This document shows, piece after piece, positions 44,007-56,272 of a stretch of 64,000 nt of DNA. The position numbers were made by a program, and so were the translations under genes. Source of the stretch: Balanoglossus misakiensis (Eukaryota > Animalia > Hemichordata); NCBI GenBank assembly GCA_040954595.2, contig CM082589.2, forward strand, positions 6,445,186 through 6,509,185. The letters run 5' to 3'. Position 1 is the first letter of the stretch; the number at the start of each line of letters is the position of its first letter. A model generated the notes under the pieces. That model did no database searches, was not told the DNA's origin, and saw nothing but the letters and a program-made list of their open reading frames with translations.

Positions 44007-47000
44007 GTGGGTTGTTGAGTCCGGTCGTTCGATTGACAACTGGACAAAAATGCATACTCTTTCGGACATTCTGGCGCTCGATATTGCACTCCGCTGTCAT
44101 TGGTTATCAGTATTAGCCAGACTATTAATACGAGAACTTACGAGTCGTCCATTCTTGTGATCTTGGCAACCGAATACATTCCCACACGCCACTCAAGAAT
44201 GCTTTGGCACATCATGAGGTCATTCTTCGGATAGTAAAAAATGTAGTTCCGACAGATTTCCTTACTAAAATCGTGTCCGCCCTAATTTATGGAAGACATT
44301 ACCAGGCAAGGCATTAATGCATTGAACTTGTGATACCGCCGCCATGTTTGGTGCGTTACTGACCTTACAGGTCGTGCTAGTACAAACACGTGCGCTGTAG
44401 TTAACTACGTCTACCAGTACTCTTATGACATGTATGAAATGTTTCAACCCATCTCTGTCAGTAAGCGTTTATAACACAGTTAAATTGTATTCCTCAACAT
44501 TTAAATATTATCTGATCACATGCGCCGACGTGTGTGATTGTGTGCACGTTGTATTTTCGAAATATAAAAAAAATACAACGAACGAAAAAGATTCTACAGG
44601 AAATAACATTTTCTGAAGGAAAGTTATATTGAACTTGCTACCTACGTAAGTCACTCGCGACCTCGTTGCAGTGTTATACGTACATTCTGTCACCAATTCA
44701 TCTCCCTGAAAAGAAAACAACAAACCATGGTCATTGACACAGTCGAGTCGCCTGTGTTGAAAGAGAGTAACACCACTGTGATAAAATAATATGGCAGTGA
44801 AGTTCCCTGAGGATCGTCAAAATTTCAGCCAATCAATTCTAGCTAGGTTTTTACTCCGTGCTAGGGGGTCAAACCACATTATAAAATTGCATTCTGGGTA
44901 AAAGGTCAACAACTCACTATACAATATAGTGATATGTTAACAGTATTTCATGAGTTTATTTGGTCACATATTAAACCCATTTAATTTTTTTAACATTTCA
45001 TTTTTTCTGTTACAAAATTTCCATAATGACCCTGTTAATGAACTTCCATTTCCCATAACACGGCAAAAATCGGCCATCTTGAAACAGTGTCGACCATACG
45101 AGATTTTCATCACTCATGATTTTACTTTGAATCCAACTTTGACTGGTCCATCTAATACACTTACTGATAGGTGTACATGAACGATTTATCCACCCCGATT
45201 GCCGTTGGATGTTGCAATTTGAACAAGTGATATATTAAACGGGTGGCGCACCCGTTTAATCGGACTCCATGACAATACTGCCGCATGTTGAAGTGGCACT
45301 ACTTAGTGTACAGTGTATACGTACCGGCATCACCCAAGAAATTCCCTTGAGGTGCTTGATGCTCCGAAAACGGTAATCGTACGCCGGGTTCTCCACCAGC
45401 GGCTGCAGTTCTCTGCCGTCCCGTATATGGCGAGTGCGTATGGCCGTCGCTGCCTTCCTCCCGTAGAGCATGGACGCAAACACCGCGATGCTCTGGTTGT
45501 GAAGGCCCTGAACAAAAAAACACGGTGAAATCTAGGTCAACTGGCGCCCAAATTGGTCTGAGGGTGACAAGTGCACGGATCTGTCTCAGAAATAAATGAT
45601 TTCCAGTGTGACATTGGTTTCCCATGAAGTATCGTAGTCCTAAAGAATAAATTGGCCATCAGGTCGGTAAACATAACGAGCATTTCACTTACGTCGCCGG
45701 TGCGGGCTGTGTGCGCGCGCACCACCTACTTACGTAATTTGTACATTCCTTGGAACAGTAACCGGGGACTTGAAAGTGCTTGGCGCCAGGCGGTATCACA
45801 AGAGAGTTGGATGATTCGTAGCCTATTGACATGATCCCGGCATCGTGTGGACGCAGGTTCGGGGTGTAAAAGATGCGCAACCCCGAAGAGTATACAAGCG
45901 CTGGAATACGAAGAAGGTGTCAATGGACGATTTCCCACCAAAAAAGTGTCATGCTGTTCGACAGTTCTCTTGTTTTCAATGTGAGATTGGAATTCGACGC
46001 GAGAAAAATGAAATAAACGTAACTATAGCGAGTACACTATTCATGCATACTTAATTCTCAATGACTGCCGTCTAACCGGACAGTTATGACGTCACATCCG
46101 ATACAACCTTCCATACTCATGACCAATCAAATGACAGGTCTGCAACTTTTTGGAAACTTACTTGAGTTAAGGCCATGATTTAGGGCTGTTTCCATAACAA
46201 CAAATGTGGGATCGCCATTAGCGTAGTCGCCCAGGGAATAACCTGCTTCCACCGGATAATTGAATCCCTGTTCGGGAATGAATGAAACGCTTGAAGCGTA
46301 TGGCACTTTCAAGGTACAAAATCATGTAATCAATAATCAATCAATCATTCAACCAACCACCCACCCACCCAATCCATCCAACCATCCATCCATCCATCTA
46401 TCTATCAAGCGTTCGATCGCTCGCTTGGTCACTCACTCAGTCAATCTTCCAACAAACCAAGCAACCGATTACATGTAATCGATCAATCAATTAATTAATC
46501 AGTTTTATAATGTCTCACCCTCTCGCCTGCTGTCCAAGATATGAATGTAGAGAAACAAGAAGACAGATTGGCCGGTGGCACATCGCTGTAACAATTGTAA
46601 CCAAATCCATCGAGGGAGTTATTGACGTTTTGGTCAATGCACAAGACCACCTTAATATACCGTACTTGTGACTCGCTGTTGACGTCGAGTATTGGTTCAT
46701 ACTGAAATACATAAATGATAATGCGCGTATGTATAGTATTTACTTCGTGCTAGGGGGCCCAATCGCATTATAATAATGGCATTGTGGGTAAAAAAAAAGT
46801 CGACAACTCACTGTAGCAAGCAACAATTTGTTAACCGTATCTCACAAATTCCCGTGGTTTAAAAATTACCTTTGCAGTAAGGCCTTTGTTCAGCTTTTGT
46901 CACATATTTATATCACCTGTTGGAAGAGAGATTTTTGTCCGGGAAAGGTGTTTCTATACTCACTTTGACCATATGATGTTTTTGGTCGAGAACTGGGAGT

Positions 47001-49038
47001 TTAAAAACCTGACACCAGTAGGTCGATTCGTCTTCCCAGGATACAGTTATCTGAAAGGTGTTAAAACTGTATCTAAGATTGCATTTCTCACATTTGAAAG
47101 TTACGCTCTTGTACATGTACGTACGTACGTTGTATGTTTAATACATGTACATGTGTTACCTTATGGGATGGGATTCTTCGAATGGCAGACATGGATACAG
47201 GCAGGCAAGCGACAGACAGACAGACAGACAGTTACCAGAAGAAGAAAAAAACAGAACGGAAGGCAGGCACCGATATCGCCAGAGAACACAAAGAAATACC
47301 TACATTAGGATTCTGAAGGTACATAAATTTCATGCCTGGTTCATCACTGGACACGTCGGGTACTAAGCTGGAATAATCCAGAAAATAGACCTGCTTCTTG
47401 CCACGTCTTTCCGTTCCATGATAGGGAATCCCCATCAATTCGCCGTTAACTGTTTCTTCTGGATCTTCAGTATGGTAGGCCCATATTGTGGTCATTACGC
47501 TTTCCTGGAAAACCGACAGGTTCAAGTTTGTCGAAACGAACTTATTTGGATAATAATGACTATGCGGCACGATGCCTTTGACAATTCGGATTTATGGCTT
47601 TCGGGAATTAAAATGCCAGTACTGACAAATGATACCATCCGTTGCCAAAACGGCAAAGAATTGCTTCTACTGTATGATCGCTGCCTGGCATAATGACGTC
47701 ACGTATCATGCGAAGTCCTTTAATACTGTACCACTGGCACAAAACGATTGAACCGACCTTGATGGGATGGTCCCTATGGTCGCATGTTACAAGTTTTCTT
47801 GAAAACCTCAGTATCGTACGCGAGGTAGTCTCCCTCGCAGATATCAGTATGTAATCTTGGCTCTCGTCGACAGTTGGCTCTCCGTTCGCCGTTGCAAAAC
47901 GATCCTGTCGACAGAAAAACAATCAGAGATGTGTATTGGTCAGAGAAACTTGTTTCCCTTGCGCACGGCCTGCAGGCCAGCCCCGGCCGGCCACGCACCA
48001 ATCGGAGACAAGTAATACCACGTGTTACAAGCGGTGACTCTTCAACATTACGGCTGACACCCACGCTGTGATAGATTATCGCGTTGGTTCCAAATATTGC
48101 GGTACCCGATCAATTAGAATTCATACTGGCCAACTTCATTCTTGGTAACATACAAATGAATTATTATTATGTCGTTTATATTTACATACTACCGGTACAT
48201 GTATAATAATATCTATAAGGACTCGGCCATTCGCTCGGCCGGATAACAATATAAATTCACTTTCTTTGTCTGCTTCTATCACCGTCTACTCTGAAAAAAA
48301 CTTCAATAAAGAATTATAACTATAGATTAAATTCATTTCTCCTCAAAGCTGCCGTGAGCCATGCATAATATACATGTATTTTGTTTTCAATAGCTCACAC
48401 CCTGTGTCCAAACACGCTTCCAATTATTCTCACACAAATGCGCCTTTTGTTATTGTATTGTTTTCAAATAGTTAAAATACCTTTTAAAGTGAACACAGTT
48501 CTATTTCATTTGTTGTTTTTGGTTTCCAGTCGGGAAAATTTACCGTTTCACCATGGAATAAAATTTACTTAAGTTGATGGAAAACATCATTTCACTAAAT
48601 TTTCCTTCCCGATTTGCGGCATTTATACTACCACGGATGAATCGGAAATATGTTAATGGCGGAAATCTCCTGCTAACTTACACTGAGGTGACCGACTCCA
48701 TCTTTCACCCAGCCAATGACGATATCGGCGTGGGCCATGCGCCCAGTGTGCGAAAACCCAAATCCGACATATCCCAGCGTTCTCGCACGGATCTCGAATG
48801 TAATGTCTTCACTGGTGAACATCCAGAACAAGGTAATGTTGCCATCTTCGTCGAGAACTATGTGGTTCGTAAACTCCGCGTACGGCGGTTCTTCCGTGGT
48901 CTGGGCGGTCGCGTTGAATGTGTAGTTCGCCGTGGGCTCCGTCACGGCACCCGCCGTGGTCGCCAGGGCTATCGGCGCCAGGCTGGCGGCGACACAGAAG
49001 ACTAAGAGAAAGAATCGCCAACCCGAGTATCGCCACAT
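43143..49038 (-). CDS. DBH-like monooxygenase (MOXD1-like) paralog lacking all copper ligands; predicted pseudoenzyme, ~645 aa
   Basis: 12 in-phase exons: 49038-48682, 47904-47758, 47504-47304, 47050-46964, 46701-46519, 46267-46162, 45900-45734, 45507-45325, 44705-44646, 44281-44142, 43732-43576, 43292-43143. Signal peptide, DOMON, Cu-monooxygenase N/C domains, hydrophobic GPI-like tail. VHHM>VRYI, THY>TAL, HSH>YGR, EMC>EIC. Confidence 0.9.
43321..43531 (+). repeat. Interspersed repeat family (tgaaaatctc..atggtcgacacaatttcaagat...ccccctagcacgaagtaaa)
   Basis: Related copies at ~33491-33570 (+), ~44848-45116 (-) and ~46740-46820 (-). Confidence 0.75.
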
Positions 49039-50682
49039 AGTGGTATGCTTCTCAACACGGTGAACCACTACGCATCCGCGGCAGTTTGGTGACTTCGTAT
49101 AAGTGACGTAAGCTCCATTATTCGTGTAAAAACTTGCACTGCTCTGAATAGGTAAATCTATTGTATTGGCTTTGATTCATTGTTATCATTCATAAATTTG
49201 CATCTATATTTAATACCGTGATGTTAATGTAATGCCCTTTTCTTTGTAAATTCCCACTTGTAAATGAACGCGCTCCTCTTGAATAGACCATTTTCTGTTT
49301 TCACGAGACCCTGCGAGATCTCGCGTGGTTATGAAGTTTGTATGGGAGAACACTCATGTAACACAGGACATATCCCATCATGCTAAAATGCACAAAAGGA
49401 ACTTGAATCAAGCAAAACGTAAATACGATCTGCTGAGCACCACGTAATGGGTTTTAGTACATGTATGGTAATTTCAGACAAAAATCCCCCTATCAGATAC
49501 AAGATAAAATGGCCTTGAATTAAGTAAAGTTAAACGCGGTAGATAATAACATACTTCAGCAATGACGTCAACAATTGATGTGATGATCATGAAGTAAACA
49601 CGGTAGCTTAGTGATGCAAACTATACGGTCACCACAATACAAGTACGTATACGAATCATTGCATTTGAGTGTTTGTCATATGTATACATATAGGAACATA
49701 CAAGTACAATTTCTCGCTGACCAAATGTTCTAGCAATGTGCAAAATAATTGTATTTTATTCGTTGACCTAGTTTCGTCACAGTCATATGACACTGAGTTT
49801 TCGCGTTGGAATAAAAGGTCGTTGCCCACTTATTATATAAGACAAATGACTTGACAGTCTTTCCAAGCATGCGATGTAATGTTTGAACTGGGTGATAGGA
49901 TAAGTGGCATTTAGCAGCAAACCCATACCATTAGGGAGGGAACGGGTATGAAAACAGTTTTTCGCCGGTTGTGATGTCGATGATGTCTTTTTCAAATGTT
50001 ACTTGGAGCCAATTGTATGGTGATGTTACTGAGTTTGCACAAAGAGAACTACCTCAGTGGGCGTTTGTTTGCCAACTTTTGAAGTGCTCTCAATACACAG
50101 TATACTCTTTACCAATGAAGTTAAGGTAGTATGACCAGGGACATGTTTTCCGAAAAAAAGAGTCGTTTTTGAAAACAAAGAAAAAAGCAATGCGTTCAAC
50201 GTCTTGTTTTCATACAAATCACTACTTTAAATTTTCTCCATAGAGATCGGAGTCCATTTTAAATTTTAAAGTTGAGACAATTTAGCCCTCTCGTCCAAAC
50301 AGTGCACCGTACGCGTGACCCTAAATTTTTATTCTAAATTTTAAGAGAACAATCTAAAATTGCCAGGAGCAAAATATGAGATGAGTTTATTCCCTTGTAC
50401 TGCGAAGACAAGCCTTTTTATTCACAGTGTTCTGCCAACGTTTTATTTGTATAAATCCTCCAGCCCCCTACCAGATAGCAGGTAGTCCACCCCTTACTAA
50501 GATAAGATAGTTGAAGAATACAGGGCGGTTGTGGAAAAGGGCGTACATTGAAATGAGTCTCCCGTTCACCATTTGTTTCATAAGATCACCCGTCTTATTT
50601 GTTATAGTTATCTGATTATCATCGGGTCACACACAAAGTTATAAGACGCAGCAACCTCATAGTTTAATTGGAGTTAACGACA

Positions 50683-52847
50683 ATGACTCGACCTGTTCAC
50701 CTGTGCGCGGTTTTAGCGACTGTTCTCTTGTGCGTCAACGGGGCGGTTGTCACACCCACCGACGACACGTATACCCACGATGCCGCCTTGGACAACTTCG
50801 GAAAGGTCCACTTGTTCTGGAAGTACGACGACACAACCGTAACGTTTGAGTTGCACGCCGAGACCCACGGCTATGTGGGATTCGGTATATCTCCAAATGG
50901 AGGTATGCCCAACTCCGATATCGTCATCGGGTGGGTGAAAGACGGACAGACCTATTTGAAGGTGAGAAGACGATTTTCTATGTAGAAGGGTATGTTTAAA
51001 GGGACAAAGTCTCCCTCTCGCTGCCCCTTTCCATTAATTAGGTTTGATACAAGACACCATCCATGTTATTCTACATCTGGATATATAGTCAATCAACGTT
51101 TGACCACACACATCTTCCATCCAACCTGTAGACACGAGAGTGAAAAACTCGCCAAAATGAATAATCGGTGTTTACCATTTATTCATTTTGGCGGGATTTT
51201 TACTCTCATATCCTACAAACGGGATGGAAGTTGTGTGTCGTTGAATGTTGATTCTCTATATATCCACATGTAGAATAACATGAACGGTGTCTTGTAATCA
51301 AACAATTAATGGAAAAAGGCCAGTGAGACAGAGACGGATTACTACAACAGATGGAGCAAAACTCAACACATCTAGTTCATTTGACATGTCAATGGAAGGG
51401 AATGCCTTTTGGTTAGCACAAATTTCACTTATACTTCTTCACCACTTGAACTCATGCAGGATCGTTTTGCCAGTGCCAACGGAGAACCAGCTACAGATGA
51501 ACAGCAAGATTATGAACTAATTGGAGGAATGGAAACAGAGACACACACCGTGCTGACGTTTTCAAGGAAAATTGACACTTGTGACGAGAAGGACAGAGTT
51601 GTTACAGTAAGTGTTAGATAGTATCACTTGTATACACAGTCAATATGTGTATTTTTAAATAAAATGCTCCAATAAATGTTACTGTAATACACATACATGT
51701 ATTCTGTGTTAGTAAGCCGAATACTATCATGTACAAATACGATTATATGGTAATTTTGATACAATAATCATGCTAAATGCAAAAATGATTTACGATAATC
51801 GCTTCAGGCTAGGGACGTATTAAAAATGACAGTAAATTCCAATATTATGTTTTACCGGAGTCCTCAAGGGTTTTCTGGCTCTATTGTTAAAACATCCCTT
51901 TACGATGATTTAATTGATTATTTTTTTTTATTTTCTTTCAAGTCTGGTACTCTACGTCTTATCTACGCCTACCATGCTGACGATCCGGAGACCGAGACAG
52001 GTCTACCGTACCACGGTTCGGAACAGCGAGGCGCTCGCAGTGTGTACGTGCTGGGCGTTGCTCCGGCCGTTCCAGAGATGCCTACAGGAGACGACCTACT
52101 GACCCATGAGTTTCTGAACCCCAACGTGAGTATACTGTATCCCGGTTAAAGGTATACGGTCACCTCCAATTTACATACGCCCACATATGTCAGAAATGGC
52201 GTATTTGAGTGTTCTAAAGAACATACGGTGGCGCTCTACTTTTCGCGAGTGCCACCCACTGAAAATCTGTGATTGGCTAGATCTCATTTGCTATAGTAAC
52301 TGTAGCTAAATTTTCATAGGTAACCGTATACATGTACCTTTAAATGCTGTTTAAACAAAAATCACAATTATAAACATGGTTCGTAGCCATTTTCTTTCAT
52401 CTGTAAATACTCATTTATAGACAAACACGTTGACTTTCTGCACAAAGCGTTATCCCTTTTAATAACACTCAGTTTTTCTGTTGTTTTAGATAAGCGTGCC
52501 ACATCACAAAGACACCACCTATTGGTGCCAGGCATTTAAATTGCCAACACTGGACAGAAAACATCACATGATCAGGGTGAGTATTGACGTCACACAAAGT
52601 GTGCTTGGACAACACAAGGCATGTACCAGATAAGAACATCTTCTACATGGTGAATTGTCAAATTCAAATACTATAACCTGCAGAAAACTACAGTAAACCC
52701 AATGTACCAAGAGATCAGGCGGCTGATGCATTGTGCATGTAATACGTATCTATAGAAATGAGAATACTGATCCATCCATCCAACCACCCACCATACCATC
52801 CTACCATTCATTCATTCATTCATTCATTCATTCATTCATTCATTCAT

Positions 52848-52882
<35 letters not shown>

Positions 52883-53241
52883 TTCATTCGTTCCTTCGTT
52901 CAGTCATTCTCAATTAAACTTCTTCCCAAATTCTTTCAGTACGAACCAATCATCCAAGAAGGACACGAAGCTCTTGTTCACCACATGCTGATCTACCAAT
53001 GCCGTGACGGTGTTCATGAAGGCTACGATGGTTACGGGCACGAGTGCTATACGCCGAACATGCCGCAGAACCTGACGCAGTGTTCGTCGATTATTATTGC
53101 CTGGGCTATCGGGGGAGGGGTAAGTCATGATGTCGAATATGACGGGAGACCCATTTTCGACACTGCCGTTACATCTCATAGAACCTGTACGCAGATACAA
53201 AGCACACTAGCGGGCTTCTAGTTCTACTCATTCTACTAATA

Positions 53242-53275
<34 letters not shown>

Positions 53276-55838
53276 GTAGCCAATCAATGAGGGAGTATAC
53301 TGGACAGGTGAGACTAAGAATACATGCAAATATATTATGATATCATTATGTTATTAGCAAATGTGGTACAATTACAGAACAATCCTAACTTTTTTCAGGC
53401 ATTCTCCCTGCCAGAGGAGGCTGGTTTTTCCTTGGGTGATTTAGATAATGGCGACCCTGATTTCATTATCATGGAAACACATTATGACAATCCTGAATTC
53501 AAAGAGAGTAAGTGTGATTTAGTTACAACTTTCATGGTATCATGTCAAACTGTCCAGTCAAAAAAGGGTTGTTCATCATCTTATTAGTGTTCATGTTTTA
53601 AAGATAAAGTCGGGAATTTTCACTTTGAAATGCAAAACTCTGTAGCCTCTTTTTGATTTGTCAAGGTACTCAGAAAAAATGATTTTGATATATTAATTAC
53701 ATCGATCTTAATTGTTCTTACATGATCGATATGATGGCAAATGTTTTCGAAGGAAAGAGATTTTTCTATCATGTTATATCTGCTGTTATCATTTTTCTTC
53801 GTTGCATCAGCTTTTGTTGATTCGTCTGGTTTGCGAATATACTACACGCCAAAACTGCGAGCAAACGACGCCGCCATCTTGGAAATCGGCAACACAGTGT
53901 CATGGTTTGGCCAGTACATTCCACCAAAAGCAACAAGTTTTACAACATATGGCTACTGTTCCGAGGAATGTTTGAACGAAGTAAGAATGAAAATGGCACA
54001 CTGCATCCGTAACAATTTTGTGACAATGTCAAGACAATATGTGCGACCAACTAAACTCAATAGTGCAACAAAACCGTTCGTATATCGTTCTCTCTATGAC
54101 ATACAACTGAAAAGTCTGGTAGGACCCAAGCACATTTGATTGGCTATCAACCTCTAGCTATGGTAGTTAGATCGTGAGATCTCTCAATAAGTGCAGGATT
54201 TACAACGTACGTTCTCTGCCTTACAGGGTACCAACGGCACCAGCATCACATTATTTGCAATCAATCTACACTCTCATTTAGCGGGAATGAAGATGAAAAC
54301 ACGTCATTTCCGGGGTGGCGTGGAACAATCCCTCCTTGCTTTGGATGATTCGTATGACTTCAACTTGCAAGAAATGCGTTATCTGAAAGAGCGTGTCATC
54401 GTAGAGCCGGTAATCCAACTAAGATGTATCATGCATTGAAGATTCTACTCCAAATTATGATGAGAGGAGATTAATTGAAATTGCCTTGGCCTCCTTTATT
54501 TCAAGTGAATACTATTATAGACACATTACTATTAAGTCAAAGAGACAAAGTAATGAAACTATGAAGTTTTCCTACTCATATATTGTGATGACTAATGTAC
54601 GCGAACATTTCTTTGTCCAGGGCGATCGCCTTCTGGCAGAGTGCACGTACAATACAGAAGATAGGACTACGGTGACCTACGTAAGTTCAATGTGTGTGTG
54701 TGTGTGTGCGTGTGTGTATGTGTGTGTATGTATGTATGTATGTATGTATGTATGTATGTATGTATGTATGTATGTATGTATGTATGTATGTATGTATGTA
54801 TGTATGTATGTATGTATGTATGTATGTATGTATGTATGTATGTATGTATGTATGTATGTATTGTTTCATTATGTCTTTCTCACTGAGATATACTGCATCA
54901 TCTCTACATACCTTATATAGGGTGGTCTGTCAACGACGGAAGAAATGTGTTTGAACTTTGTTTACTACTACCCTCGTATCCAGTTGCCAAGATGTGAAAG
55001 TTTCCCCATACTTGAATATGCAATGTATGCCTGTTGCAATGTGACCAAAATAAGCTACAGGTACGCAATTATGTGATATTCTGGCTCAGTAGTATACAGA
55101 ACACTGAAAATAACAACCAACACTCCACTTATACAATGGACTAGGTATCCCTTATATTTATATAGATGTATAATTATTATATCTAAAATTTCGAATCACT
55201 TTTTGACAGTTCCTGGCCCCCGACCGTCGTCCTGCCGACAGAGTATGCTGGGCAGACCGTGACAGAAGTAATGGGTGCGCAGGAGTGGACACAGAAGCAG
55301 ATCGAGGATTTCGAAACGGGTGCATACAAACTAGCCTATGTAAATTCTTGCGGCAAGGACAGTGCTAATGTTCACCCGGTAAGTGATGCGAGAAAAGTTT
55401 CGTCTGGGTGAAGTTGTGTGAATAGGGGAGTAGGGGCAGTGTGTTCACTGGTATAATTAACGTCCAGTAGTATGAGCATAAACTTTCCCCTCACAGTATT
55501 ATCTTGAGAGACGTCTAAATATGATAGAATCAAAATGTTTTTGTCTAATCACAGATGATAGCATATGATGTCAGAGGCTGCAGTCAAACACGTTTTTTTA
55601 TCGAGGGGGGCAATTTAAATATTCTAGAAATGACTTTGCCTTGATATAATTTTAATATTGTGTTTTTAATATTGTATTTCAGAGTCATTTTACCAGGCAC
55701 AATGTGCCAGAAATCACGGCACCACTGGAACCGGAAGTGAGTGAATGCGAGTCTGCTGCTAGTTCAGGCAAGCATCACTGGGCAGCCATTGCCATGTCAA
55801 CGATTGTGGCACTGGCATTTCAGCTCATGCGCCTTTGA
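50683..55838 (+). CDS. MOXD1: DBH-like monooxygenase protein 1 (MOXD1-like), catalytically intact, ~620 aa
   Basis: 12 exons: 50683-50961, 51460-51606, 51943-52125, 52490-52576, 52940-53119, 53399-53507, 53811-53980, 54227-54409, 54621-54680, 54921-55060, 55210-55378, 55683-55838. DOMON, CuH ligands VHHM and ETHYDNP, CuM ligands HSHLAG and EEMC, C-terminal hydrophobic anchor. Confidence 0.95.
52150..52339. mobile_element. Kolobok-like MITE, copy 2 (intron 3 of MOXD1)
   Basis: ttaa|aggtatacggtcacct ... aggtaaccgtata(catgta)cct|ttaa. Confidence 0.75.
54691..54860. repeat. (TG)n/(TATG)n microsatellite
   Basis: Directly visible; source of the spurious MYVC/IHTY ORFs. Confidence 0.95.
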
Positions 55839-56023
55839 GGAACTCTAAAACAGAAGGATCCATGGAATGATGAATTGGCATTCCGGATTTCTGAATTGTG
55901 TTGTAGATTCTTCCCAAACAAAAAATAAAATGTATAGTGATATGGCTGTAAATCTTATCACAAAGATAAAATGTTGTTCGTTGTATAATGTATCCAAATT
56001 AACCTTCGACACCATGAAAGGAC

Positions 56024-56167
56024 ATACATACATACATACATACATACATACATACATACATACATACATACATACATACATACATACATACATACATACA
56101 TACATACATACATACATACATACATACATACATACATACATACATACATACATACATACATACATAC
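56024..56167. repeat. (CATA)n microsatellite
   Basis: Directly visible, between convergent genes. Confidence 0.95.
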
Positions 56168-56272
56168 GCAGATATAGACAGACTGTCAATTCCTTTTTGC
56201 TAGATGTTTTATTTCCATGTTTGCCAAATTTCTCGTCAGCAGAATGGGCGGAAAAATCATCATTGTCTTCAT

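Noticed and set aside
43143-49038. Calling the ligand-less MOXD1 paralog a pseudogene
   Set aside because: All 12 exons are in phase with canonical splice sites and no stop or frameshift was found.
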